A DNA stretch of 64,000 nt from an uncultured Gemmataceae bacterium (GTDB lineage Bacteria > Planctomycetota > Planctomycetia > Gemmatales > Gemmataceae): assembly GCA_963750165.1 (NCBI GenBank), contig CAVVPN010000010.1:128001-192000 (forward strand), read 5' to 3'. The position numbers and the translations under genes are program-made. Numbering within the stretch: position 1 is the stretch's first letter; the number at the start of each line of letters is the position of its first letter. Positions 53,713 through 63,022 of this stretch are shown here, one piece after another. The notes below the pieces were generated by a model. The model was not told the origin of the DNA. It was given only the letters and a program-made list of their open reading frames with translations, and did not search any database.

Positions 53713-54151
53713 AGCTTCCACAAGAAAGGCCAGGGGGTGGGTTGCCGGAACGAAGGGGGGCATCAGGACAGCGTCCCTGCACCGCAGGCTTCTCGGCGGC
53801 CGGCAGCGCTTCCGTCGGGCCGAAGACACGGGCAGTGCTGGGGTGGCAAAGGAGGACCCGGGCTCCGGACACACACGAGTCGCAGGCAGGCGGGAACGTC
53901 GCCATCCGGTAGGGAACTGTCGCAGAGCCCAACTGTCCGGCGTGGCCGCTGACGGGCAGCAGGGAAGCGGGCAGGGGTGAAGCGTCCGGCAGGCGCGGGA
54001 AAGGCGGGGGCAGGGCTGACAGGGGGGTGACACCGCGTTGGCATTGGCCGTGCGGCGCCTGGCCGGGGGTGCAGTTCTGGGAGACAGGAAACGCAACCGG
54101 GAGTAACGTCACGGTTGATTTTTTGCCAGCATTGAGTGCATATACTGGCGC

Positions 54152-56839
54152 ATGCTCCGCATCACCCCGCAAGACAGTGCCCAGGGCGCCAAGCGCTATT
54201 ACGCCAGCGCCGACTATTACAGCGAAGGCCAGGAGATCATCGGCTCCTGGGGCGGCAAGGGCGCCCGGCTTCTGGCGCTGGAGGGGGTCGTTGACCGGGA
54301 AGCGTTCGAGCGCTTGTGCGACAACCTCAACCCGCGGAACGGTGAGCAACTGACCGCCCGCACACGCGCCGACCGCACGGTGGGCTACGACTTCACCTTC
54401 TCGGTGCCGAAGTCGGTGTCGCTGCTCTACGCCCTGAGCGGCGACCGGGAGATCCTCGACGCCTTCCGCTCGGCCGTGGACGAGACGATGCAGGGCATTG
54501 AGGCCGAGATGAAGACGCGGGTGCGCAAGGGCGGCAAGGACGGCGAGCGCGTCACGGGCAATCTGGTGTGGAGTGAGTTCATCCATACGACCTCGCGGCC
54601 GGTGGCGGGGGTGCCCGACCCGCAGCTGCACGCCCACTGTTTCGTCTTCAACACGACATGGGACGACCAGGAGCGGCAGTGGAAGGCCGGCCAGTTCCGC
54701 GACCTGAAGGCGTCGGCGCCGCTTTACCAGGCGATGTTCCGGGTGCGGCTGGCGGGCAAACTGCAGGACCTGGGCTTCGGCGTCGAGCGCAAGCGCGATG
54801 ATTTTGAGCTGGCGGGCGTGCCGGCCGGCGTGCTGAAACGCTTCTCGCGGCGGACGGAGCAGATCGAGGAGAAGGCGAAGCAGCTGGGGATCACCGACCC
54901 GAACCGCAAGGCCGAGCTGGGCGCCGCGACGCGCGAGAAGAAGACCAACGAGTTGAGTTGGAATGAGCTGCGCAAGGACTGGGACAGTCGGCTGACTCAG
55001 GCCGAGCGGCAGTCGCTGGCGGCGGTGCACCGGCGGGAGACGCCCTGGGCCCGCCCGGTGCAGGGCGAGGGGCAGGCGGTGGATTTCGCGCTGGGCCACT
55101 GCTTCGAGCGCGAGTCGGTGGTGGCGGAGCGGAAACTCCTCACCGAGGCGTTGAAACGTGGCCTGGGCGCGGTGACGGTGGAGGGCGTGCAGAAGGAACT
55201 GGCCCGGCGCCCCCTGATCCGGGGCGAGCAGGATAGCCGCGGTATGGCGACGACCCGGGAGGCCGTGGCGGAGGAGTCGCGGCTCCTGGCCTTCGCCCGC
55301 CAGGGGCGGGGGCGTTACCGGCCGCTGGGCGACCCCGGCCGGCCGGTGTCACGGGAGTGGCTCAATGACGGGCAGAAGGCGGCGGTGCGGCACGTGCTGG
55401 GCTCGCGCGACCGCGTGACCATCGTGCGCGGGGTGGCCGGCACCGGCAAGACGACCCTGGAGCAGGAGATCGGCGAGGCGCTCGCCAGCGCCGGCAAGCA
55501 GGTGGTGGCCCTGGCGCCGACGGCGGAGGCGAGTCGCGGCGTCCTGCGCCAGGAGGCGAAGTTTGCCGATGCCGACACGGTGGCCCGGTTCCTGCGCGAC
55601 CGGTCAATGCAGGAGCGGGCCCGCCGCGGCGTCATCCTGGTCGATGAGGCGTCGCTGCTCTCGACCAAAGACATGTTGCGGCTCTTTGACGCGGCCGGCC
55701 AACTGGAAGCCCGGGTGGTGCTGGTGGGCGACCGAAGACAGCACCGCAGCGTCGCCGCCGGCGAGCCGCTGCGGTTGCTGGAGCAGAAGGCCGGGCTGCC
55801 CGTGGCCGAGGTCAAGGACATCCTCCGCCAGTCGGGGGACTACAAGAAGGCGTCCCGGCTGCTGAGCGAGGGCAGGACGGCGGAAGGCTTCGCCGAACTG
55901 GACCGGCTGGGCTGGGTGCGGGAGGTGCCCGACGGCGAGCGCTACCAGGCCCTGGCCGGCGCTTACCTGGCGGCGACCGCCGAGCGGAAACGCAACGGCG
56001 AGCCCAAGACGGCGCTGGTCATCAGCCCGACCCACGCCGAGGCGGCGCGGATCACCCACGCCATCCGCGACACGCTGAAGTCCCAGGAGAAGCTCGGCAA
56101 GGAGAGGACGTTCGACGTGTGGCTGCCGGGGCACCTGACCGACGCGCAGAAGGCCGACGCCACGAACCTGGAGGCCGGGGACCTGCTCGTCTTCCACCAG
56201 AACGCCCCGGGCCGCAGGAACGGCGCGCGGCTGGTCCTGGGCGACGGGACGCGGGCGCCGGTGGAATATGCGTCGCGCTTCGAGGTCTACCGCCCGGCCC
56301 GACTGGTGCTGGCCGTGGGCGACCGGATTCGGCTGACCGCCAACGGCAAGACGCGGGACGGGCGCTACCGGCTGCACAACGGGTCGCTGTACACCGTGGC
56401 GGGGTTCACGAAGCAGGGAGACATTGTCATCGACGGCGGCCGGGTGATCGCCAAGGACTGGGGCCACCTGGCGCTGGGCTACGCCGTCACCTCGCACGCC
56501 AGCCAGGGTAAGACGGTGGACCGGGTGTTCGTCGGCCAGGCGGCGCAGTCGTTCCCGGCGTCGAACCGCCGGCAGTTCTACGTGAGCCTGTCGCGGGGCA
56601 AGGAGCAGGCGCTGGTGTTCACCGACTCGAAAGCGGGGCTGCTCCAGGCGGTGAGCCGGGCCGACGAACCGCTGTCGGCAACGGAACTGGCCGCGAGCCG
56701 GCGCCCGCCGCCGCTGCGGCAGCGTCTGCAACGCCATCTGAGTTACCTGCGGCGTCAGGCCGCCTTCCGGCAAGCGCACGAGCCGCGGCGGCCGGAGCTA
56801 ACCCGGGCACAGGTGCAGGAGCGGGGTTATGACCGATGA
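54152..56839 (+). CDS. trwC: MOBF (TrwC/TraI) relaxase-helicase
   Basis: YY...DYY, DFTFSVPKSVS, H.TSR...DPQLHAH, GVAGTGKT, DEA, GD.RQ, YAVTSHASQGKTVD. Confidence 0.94.
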   Translation: MLRITPQDSAQGAKRYYASADYYSEGQEIIGSWGGKGARLLALEGVVDREAFERLCDNLNPRNGEQLTARTRADRTVGYDFTFSVPKSVSLLYALSGDREILDAFRSAVDETMQGIEAEMKTRVRKGGKDGERVTGNLVWSEFIHTTSRPVAGVPDPQLHAHCFVFNTTWDDQERQWKAGQFRDLKASAPLYQAMFRVRLAGKLQDLGFGVERKRDDFELAGVPAGVLKRFSRRTEQIEEKAKQLGITDPNRKAELGAATREKKTNELSWNELRKDWDSRLTQAERQSLAAVHRRETPWARPVQGEGQAVDFALGHCFERESVVAERKLLTEALKRGLGAVTVEGVQKELARRPLIRGEQDSRGMATTREAVAEESRLLAFARQGRGRYRPLGDPGRPVSREWLNDGQKAAVRHVLGSRDRVTIVRGVAGTGKTTLEQEIGEALASAGKQVVALAPTAEASRGVLRQEAKFADADTVARFLRDRSMQERARRGVILVDEASLLSTKDMLRLFDAAGQLEARVVLVGDRRQHRSVAAGEPLRLLEQKAGLPVAEVKDILRQSGDYKKASRLLSEGRTAEGFAELDRLGWVREVPDGERYQALAGAYLAATAERKRNGEPKTALVISPTHAEAARITHAIRDTLKSQEKLGKERTFDVWLPGHLTDAQKADATNLEAGDLLVFHQNAPGRRNGARLVLGDGTRAPVEYASRFEVYRPARLVLAVGDRIRLTANGKTRDGRYRLHNGSLYTVAGFTKQGDIVIDGGRVIAKDWGHLALGYAVTSHASQGKTVDRVFVGQAAQSFPASNRRQFYVSLSRGKEQALVFTDSKAGLLQAVSRADEPLSATELAASRRPPPLRQRLQRHLSYLRRQAAFRQAHEPRRPELTRAQVQERGYDR

Positions 56840-57335
56840 CGTGCTGGATTTCGTGAGGAAGAAGCCGGCGCCGGACGGCCTCGCCGGGCGACTGCCGCCG
56901 GCCGGGCGGCCGGACGAGGCGGAGGAGGCGGCCTGCGCCGCCTTCGGCTACCTGCGCGGCCTGCACGAGAAGGCCCTGGCGGTGGAGTTCCGCCGGCGCG
57001 ACGGCGACCGCGAGTGGCTGCCCTACAGCTGCCTGGTGTCCTGGCGGCACAACCCGAGCGCCGGGCTGCTCCTGAAATTCACGGGGGATGTCGTGACGCT
57101 GGTGTTCATCCGCGGCAGCAACCTCGACGCGCCGGTGAACCAGGGCGGCGTCAACCTGACCGACCGCGGGCTGCAGCGGCACCGGGTCACCTACGTCCGC
57201 GAGATGAGTGAGGACGAACTGCGGCAGGCGGGCGAGGGGGAGCCGACCATCGACGGCATCGACATCGCGGAGTTCGAGAGCGGCGAGGAGCTGCGCGCCT
57301 GGGTGAAGCAGCACGCCCCGGCGTTCGAGCGCTGA
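56829..57335 (+). CDS. Hypothetical protein coupled to the relaxase
   Basis: Overlaps the relaxase stop; good coding bias. Confidence 0.65.
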   Translation: MTDDVLDFVRKKPAPDGLAGRLPPAGRPDEAEEAACAAFGYLRGLHEKALAVEFRRRDGDREWLPYSCLVSWRHNPSAGLLLKFTGDVVTLVFIRGSNLDAPVNQGGVNLTDRGLQRHRVTYVREMSEDELRQAGEGEPTIDGIDIAEFESGEELRAWVKQHAPAFER

Positions 57336-57374
57336 GGAAGACGACTCGCGACAGCGAGGCCGCAGGGCGGGAAT

Positions 57375-57701
57375 TCAGCGTGGCCGGTCGTGTTCCTGCT
57401 CGATGGCGTCGATGGCCGCGCGGACGCGCTGCTCGGTGAGTTCCCAGCCTTCGTGCGGCAGGCCGCCGATGATGCGAAATTTGAGCCGTTGGTACACTTG
57501 CTGTGCCCGGTCGTCGTCGCCGAGCACGTCTGCGGCCAGGGCGAGGGCGAGTTGGGCGGGGCCGCTGCCGCCGTAGCCCCACTCGAACAACTCGGAGTGG
57601 TTGCGCAAGTCGTTCCGCGGGTGCAGCGAGGAGACCTCGCCGTCCTCCTCGACATCGATGGCGCAGCCGTGTTCCGTTCGCCTTCCGTGGTACACCTTCA
57701 T
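57375..57701 (-). CDS. DUF6166-like protein
   Basis: NHS..FEWGYGGSGPAQLALAL motif. Confidence 0.75.
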   Translation of the reverse strand: MKVYHGRRTEHGCAIDVEEDGEVSSLHPRNDLRNHSELFEWGYGGSGPAQLALALAADVLGDDDRAQQVYQRLKFRIIGGLPHEGWELTEQRVRAAIDAIEQEHDRPR

Positions 57702-57879
57702 TCGCAAACGCTCAAGCCGGCGGTGGCGTTCAGGGCTGTTCTCGGTCCCGCCCTTCCGTCTGCCATGACTTCCTTCTGTGGTTGTGGAAGTCCGGTTTAG
57801 TGCCTGGAATGGATATTGTAAAGAGAAATTGTCATACAAATGGTTGCGCCGCCGGGAAGGTTGGGTTAGCATTCCCGGA

Positions 57880-58317
57880 ATGACCGACACTCCCAATCAC
57901 GAAACCACCCCGGAGGAATGGTGGGACCGGGGCCTCACCAGCGCCGGCAGGCGCGACATCCTGAAGGCCGCCCGCCTGCGCTTGCCCTCGGCCGTTCGCT
58001 GGCGTCACCTCGGCCCCGAGGCCCGCGCCGCCGTTGAGGCCCTGCGTCCTGCCGAGGCCCCGCAGAAGGACCAGCCTCCCCCGCTCTCCCCCAAGGAGGC
58101 CCTGACGCAGCTGCGGATCGAGAACAGTTTACTTCGAGCCGCATTGTGGTTGAGCTCCCGCGCCTTGAAAGATTACTCCGACGCGATCCACCGCAAGGCA
58201 GACCAGGAAGGCATGGTGCAGTTGACGGTCCCGGAGTCCTTGAAGGCCAGGACAGGTGCGGCACTCGCGAAGGCAAACCAGATGCTCAAGGACCAGGACC
58301 AGGGGATACGGCTGTGA
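57880..58317 (+). CDS. Hypothetical protein
   Basis: First of four co-oriented, mostly overlapping ORFs. Confidence 0.55.
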   Translation: MTDTPNHETTPEEWWDRGLTSAGRRDILKAARLRLPSAVRWRHLGPEARAAVEALRPAEAPQKDQPPPLSPKEALTQLRIENSLLRAALWLSSRALKDYSDAIHRKADQEGMVQLTVPESLKARTGAALAKANQMLKDQDQGIRL

Positions 58318-58556
58318 CCTGGACCGGCCGCACCCAGCCCATCAACGTGGGCGACACCGTCCGTTACTCGGCCGACTGGTTGCGCTCAACCGGGAACATC
58401 ACCGGCGACCTGCCCTTCGCGAAGGGCACCGTCACCGCCCTCCAGGTCCTCAGCCCGGACGTCACCCTGGCGACCATCGACTGGCAGAACCCGGACATTC
58501 CCGGTAAGGTCAACGTCCGCAATCTTGAACGAATCAACGAACGCACACGCTCATGA
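58314..58556 (+). CDS. Small SH3/KOW-like hypothetical protein
   Basis: GTGA overlap; INVGDTVRY...GTV...NL beta-rich pattern. Confidence 0.5.
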   Translation: MTWTGRTQPINVGDTVRYSADWLRSTGNITGDLPFAKGTVTALQVLSPDVTLATIDWQNPDIPGKVNVRNLERINERTRS

Positions 58557-58972
58557 CCCTCACCATCCACTCCAACGGCAGCAAGTGGTACGGCGAGGCC
58601 CCCGATCCGGTTGAGGTGCTGCTCGATGCGCTGGGCAAACACACCCTGGACCCCTCCTTCGAGGACTATGGCAATTTCGTCTTTCAGGAGGAAGGCCGGT
58701 GGTGGGTCTTCGGCAACTTTCTGGAGCGCAGCCATGTGTTCAGAATCTCGACCGAAGATCACGCCGAGGTCGCCGAGGTGGAGGCTGCCATCCGGGCGAA
58801 GCAGGCCACGCCTGTCTATCAGGCCGCCAGGGAAGACTGGCAACGGCGTAAGCAGGGACGAGAGGCGGTCACGCGGACCTGGTGCAAAGGGCCAGTGGGA
58901 GAGCATACCTCCCGATTGTCAGATAAACGCGACGGCCCTGACAAGAACCCGACGCAGGGAATGCTGTTCTGA
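58553..58972 (+). CDS. Hypothetical protein ending in QGMLF
   Basis: ATGA overlap; clamp-binding-like C-terminus. Confidence 0.6.
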   Translation: MTLTIHSNGSKWYGEAPDPVEVLLDALGKHTLDPSFEDYGNFVFQEEGRWWVFGNFLERSHVFRISTEDHAEVAEVEAAIRAKQATPVYQAAREDWQRRKQGREAVTRTWCKGPVGEHTSRLSDKRDGPDKNPTQGMLF

Positions 58973-59009
58973 TGACTTGCTGTCCCTTCCTCATGCTTGA
59001 AGACCGGTT

Positions 59010-59807
59010 GTGAATCCCCTCGCCACCCTCCAACACATCCAGTCCGGCCTGGCAGACACGCCGCCGGTTGACCTGATCGGCGGGCTCATGCCCCTATCCC
59101 GCGCCGATGCCGTCACCTGGGCGCGCCGGCTGGCGGTGTGGGAGGAGCACCGCGGCGCGGTGTCCGGCCAGGCCGTCGCCGTCGCCCGCACCGTGTCCCG
59201 AAGGGCGATGCGGGAGTTCGGGCTTTCGTTCGACGCCGAGGGGCGCATTGTCGAACGCAAACCCACGCCGCCCCAATGGAAAGACGAATTGATCCACGCC
59301 TTCCCGATGCGGATCGGGGAGGAGACCGTGGAAGTCAGGTACACGCGAAATCCCGGCATCCACTGGATTTCATTTGTCGGCCAGGAATTACCGCCGCCTG
59401 GGGAGGGCGAGCCGCCACGCTCCATCATGAACCGCCACAAGCCACACCCCCTGAGCGATTCTGGCTGGTGGTCGCAGGCCATGTTCCCGGATGCCGTCGA
59501 AGCCGTGGGTGGCGCGGAGGCGTTCGCCGCGCTTCTGGTCCAGGCGAAGCTGGCCGGGCGTGAGAAGGAGTTCATGGAGCAGTTCGAGGGCAGGCACCCG
59601 GATGTGAAGCGGAAGAAGGGCGGCAAGCGGCCGGTGCAGCGTGCGTCCGCCGAGTCAATGCCCGTGCTGGGCGAACACACCGCGGCGGTGGCAGAGGAGC
59701 GTCAGGCCCGGGAACCCCAGGTGGAGGCACCACAGGCTGCGGAGCGGCCTGAAAAGGCGGGGGAGCCGGAGGCGACAAAAAAGGCAGTCCAGGGGCTGCT
59801 GTTCTAG
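59010..59807 (+). CDS. Hypothetical protein ending in QGLLF
   Basis: P.S.SG..S motif; disordered tail with clamp-binding-like C-terminus. Confidence 0.6.
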   Translation: MNPLATLQHIQSGLADTPPVDLIGGLMPLSRADAVTWARRLAVWEEHRGAVSGQAVAVARTVSRRAMREFGLSFDAEGRIVERKPTPPQWKDELIHAFPMRIGEETVEVRYTRNPGIHWISFVGQELPPPGEGEPPRSIMNRHKPHPLSDSGWWSQAMFPDAVEAVGGAEAFAALLVQAKLAGREKEFMEQFEGRHPDVKRKKGGKRPVQRASAESMPVLGEHTAAVAEERQAREPQVEAPQAAERPEKAGEPEATKKAVQGLLF

Positions 59808-60898
59808 CGACCCCGCCCTTCTTCTTCCTGCCGCTCGATCTCGGCCCAGAGAGGATAGTCGCGCTCGAATGCAACCTGTTCCTTCGCCGCCTTGTTCCGC
59901 TCCCTGACCCCTCTGGCTGCCGCGAGTTGCTCGGCGCTCCGCGGCTCATACTTTTCCAGAGCACCCCAAACGAGGCTGTAGTGTGGGGCCGGGACGACCT
60001 GGCCGCCCATCAACTCCAACTTCCGCGTCGGATGGGGTTCGGTCAGCAGGTCGCCGAACAGGTCTTCGTGCCGGGTTGACCGCTTCACGGTGCCGTCATC
60101 CAGCTTCCGTAAATAGACGCTGTTCTCGGTCAGCCGTTGCCCGCCGCGATACACTTTGTAGGCCGTGGCGACGGGTTCGTAATTGCCGGTGCGGTGGTAG
60201 TCGCTGTCGATGAGGCGCAAAACCATCCAGGGCGTCCACCCGCCGCCGAGGACACCGAGGGCCAGGAGGTAGGCTTCCTGGTATTCCGCGTTTTGCTTGT
60301 CGGCGATCTCCTGCCGGCGGCGGTGGTTGTCGCGATCCTGGTCGGTGGGTTCAGGTCCAGGTGGCGGTGCCACGGCCGGCGGATCACCCCGCCGCTTCGC
60401 CTTGAGTCGTTCGTGTCTGGCCTCTCGTTTCCTGCCCTCGGTGAGGGCGGCGTCAATCAATGGCCTATTCAATCTGACCGCCTCACGCAGCAACTCGCCC
60501 GCTTGCTCGCCCTGGTCCTCGGCCTCCTCCTTCAACATAGCCTCCAGGTCGGTCCAGCGCACGGCCAGGTGGCGGAGCGACTCGGCCTCCTGCTGCGTCT
60601 CCGCAGGCGTTGCCGGGCGGCTGAGAATTCGGACGCCCGACTGGCAGCTGCGGATCAACCCGGCCGGGGAGGGCCACTGGCCGATCACTTTCACCAGGGG
60701 AGCGCGGGGGTTGGCGGTCGCGTAGTAGGTGACGGTATTCGCGGGCTTGGTCATCCGCAAACGATACGCCCGGTCGAGGGACGGCGCAAGGCCCTTGATC
60801 CGCTGAAGTTCTGCCGCTGTAAGGGGTTTCAGTCTGGAGGTCAAGAGCAGAACCGTAGCGATGAACGTCGTTCGGTTCAAGAAGAAAGGGAGATCCAC
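59804..60898 (-). CDS. Hypothetical protein (true start may be the ATG at 60754)
   Basis: Long ORF with consistent coding bias; tail ERQEEEGRGR. Confidence 0.6.
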   Translation of the reverse strand: MDLPFFLNRTTFIATVLLLTSRLKPLTAAELQRIKGLAPSLDRAYRLRMTKPANTVTYYATANPRAPLVKVIGQWPSPAGLIRSCQSGVRILSRPATPAETQQEAESLRHLAVRWTDLEAMLKEEAEDQGEQAGELLREAVRLNRPLIDAALTEGRKREARHERLKAKRRGDPPAVAPPPGPEPTDQDRDNHRRRQEIADKQNAEYQEAYLLALGVLGGGWTPWMVLRLIDSDYHRTGNYEPVATAYKVYRGGQRLTENSVYLRKLDDGTVKRSTRHEDLFGDLLTEPHPTRKLELMGGQVVPAPHYSLVWGALEKYEPRSAEQLAAARGVRERNKAAKEQVAFERDYPLWAEIERQEEEGRGR

Positions 60899-61038
60899 GG
60901 AAAAGACGACGGAAACGGGGTGAAATAGGCGTTCACATTGAACAAAAATTCAGAAAATCCGTCAGCCAGAGGCTTGACGCAGGTTCAGCACGACCGGAAA
61001 ATGGACCCCAAAAGTAAAAGCCCTCCGTGGAGAACGCC

Positions 61039-61530
61039 ATGACCCGCGAAGAGTTTTCAAAGTTCATGGACTACATCAGCAACGGCGTTGGCATTGCGTC
61101 CCCGAAGTCGCGGGAACCGTACTGGGACTTCCTTGAGGAGATGCCGTTCCCGCTGGCTGACGCCGTGGCCAAGCAGGTCGTCATGGAGTACGAGTTGCCC
61201 ACGTTCCCGCCGGTCGCATTGATCCTGCGGAAAGCCCGGGAGATCGAGTTCGGCGAGCCGATGAGCTGGTCCGAGGCGTGGCATAAGGTGAGGAGCGTCA
61301 TCAAGACGTTTTCAGCCCATCGCATGAAGGAGGGCCTCGACACGCTTCCTCCTGCGGCTCGGCAAGCGGTCGAGCGGTTGGGCTGGAAGGAAATGTGCGA
61401 CGGCAACGCGGCGGACTTCATGGAGCCATTCAAACAGATCTATGAAGAGCTTTCCAGGAAGGAGATGGCGAACGCAAAGATGCCGGAGACGATCCGCAGC
61501 GCGGCAGCGAAAGGCGTGGGGAAAAAGTAA
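61039..61530 (+). CDS. Phage G39P-like replicative helicase loader/inhibitor
   Basis: MTREEF...YW..L...FPPVA...EAW..V...A.E.LGW..MC...F.Q.Y pattern. Confidence 0.6.
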   Translation: MTREEFSKFMDYISNGVGIASPKSREPYWDFLEEMPFPLADAVAKQVVMEYELPTFPPVALILRKAREIEFGEPMSWSEAWHKVRSVIKTFSAHRMKEGLDTLPPAARQAVERLGWKEMCDGNAADFMEPFKQIYEELSRKEMANAKMPETIRSAAAKGVGKK

Positions 61531-61563
61531 ACCTTCTCCTCCCGCTCGCGGTGGAGGTGGCTC

Positions 61564-62190
61564 ATGCTTCTGGACTTGACGGAATTCGAGAGCCAGATCG
61601 AAGAGGACATGGCGATTGGGCTGCAAAAGCACCTGCCCGACCCCCTGAGCATTCGGCCGCAGGTGAAGGTCAACACCGGCTTCATGACCTTCCACATTGA
61701 CCTCGTCGTGATAAACCGCTACGGGGCACGAATCGGTATTGAGTGCGACGGAAAAGAATTCCATCAAGATGCCGTTCGGGACAAGTGCAGGGATGCTTTA
61801 ATTCTGGGCACCAGAGCCGTTGAGGCGATTTATCGCTTTCGCTGGCATCAGATTTATTTCCATCGTGACGACTGCTATTATTTCATCACGAGACGCGACC
61901 CGAGCGTTTTCACTGAAGCAGGCCGGAGTTACATGGACCTGATTGCGTCAGCAGAAATCAAGCAGGTGCTCAAAGACGAAGCGATGGAAGAGCGTGCCAA
62001 ATCAATTCCCGACTGGACGCCCTGGGTTTTCTACAAAAAAGGCGACAAGCAGATTCGTTCCGTACTGGATCGTCGGTCTTTGAAATCTGGCCGATCCGTT
62101 TACGACAAAATCCTTGCCGTCGCAAATTGCAACAGGGCGCTTTCCTTCGATGAACTGGTCGAATTGATCCGCAATCGGTGGCGTCATTGA
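61564..62190 (+). CDS. Vsr/DUF559-like restriction-fold endonuclease
   Basis: ES.IE...Q...FHIDLVV...IGIECDGKEFH...D..RD. Confidence 0.7.
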   Translation: MLLDLTEFESQIEEDMAIGLQKHLPDPLSIRPQVKVNTGFMTFHIDLVVINRYGARIGIECDGKEFHQDAVRDKCRDALILGTRAVEAIYRFRWHQIYFHRDDCYYFITRRDPSVFTEAGRSYMDLIASAEIKQVLKDEAMEERAKSIPDWTPWVFYKKGDKQIRSVLDRRSLKSGRSVYDKILAVANCNRALSFDELVELIRNRWRH

Positions 62191-62234
62191 ATTGGCCGAC
62201 CCCCCGTAGCGGCATGGTGAAAGGATGAAATGCC

Positions 62235-62642
62235 ATGAAACTTTCCGACTCCATCGCGCGTGCAATTACTCTATCGACGGCAATTTATGGGCGCAGGCCA
62301 AAACCGACAGAGGAATCATCGGAAGAAATCCGGTTCATCTGCGCTGCGGATATTCCTCAAAAAGAACCACCCCCGGAACATCACGAACTCAAGGCATTTC
62401 TCAACGGCCTTCCCGCCGCGACCATCTACATGATGACGGTAATCATGTACTTGGGGCGCGGAGAGGGAGAAGTGGACGTTCATAATCTGCTTGGAGAATA
62501 CGAGGAGATCAGTGACAAGTTCAAGAAGCTTGGCTCGGCGGTGTTTCAGATGATGAGTAAATCCGTGCTTGCAGAATACCTGGAGAAAGGTCTTGCGCTT
62601 CTTTCGGAATCCGGATTGGATGTTGACCGATTGCTTGAATAG
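62235..62642 (+). CDS. DUF3775-like protein
   Basis: ELKAFL..L...MYLGRG...K..LAEYL.KGL. Confidence 0.6.
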   Translation: MKLSDSIARAITLSTAIYGRRPKPTEESSEEIRFICAADIPQKEPPPEHHELKAFLNGLPAATIYMMTVIMYLGRGEGEVDVHNLLGEYEEISDKFKKLGSAVFQMMSKSVLAEYLEKGLALLSESGLDVDRLLE

Positions 62643-62705
62643 TGAGGTAGGGGCACTGGTTACTGGTTTTGATTGAACGCCGTAATGACACGAAACGGAG
62701 AACGA

Positions 62706-62897
62706 ATGAGTGTGCCTGTACGCAGTGAAATTCGCTCGGGGTTGCGCGTGCAAATCGTGGAGAAGCAGAATCAACCCACTGGCGCATTGACGGAGGGCAT
62801 CGTGGCCCGCATCCTCACCAAAAGTCCCACACACCCGCACGGCATCAAGGTGATGCTGGACAACGGCATAGTCGGGCGCGTGCAGGCGATTGTTTGA
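62706..62897 (+). CDS. ywbE: YwbE family protein
   Basis: R..I..G..V.IV.K..Q.TG.LTEGIV..ILTKS..HPHGIKV.L..G.VGRV. Confidence 0.85.
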   Translation: MSVPVRSEIRSGLRVQIVEKQNQPTGALTEGIVARILTKSPTHPHGIKVMLDNGIVGRVQAIV

Positions 62898-63022
62898 GGT
62901 GGGTCCGCTCAACTGAAATCCGCCTCGGATGGTCGGCATCTTGACGGTGGCTTGGCGGCGCGGGAGGATGGGAATTGTCCCCTATGGCGGCATTCGGGCT
63001 CTCCCAGGTTCATTGTGCTAGC

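Noticed and set aside
53713..54151. Exact oriT nic site
   Set aside because: No convincing match by eye to F- or R388-type nic sequences; location is inferred only from position.
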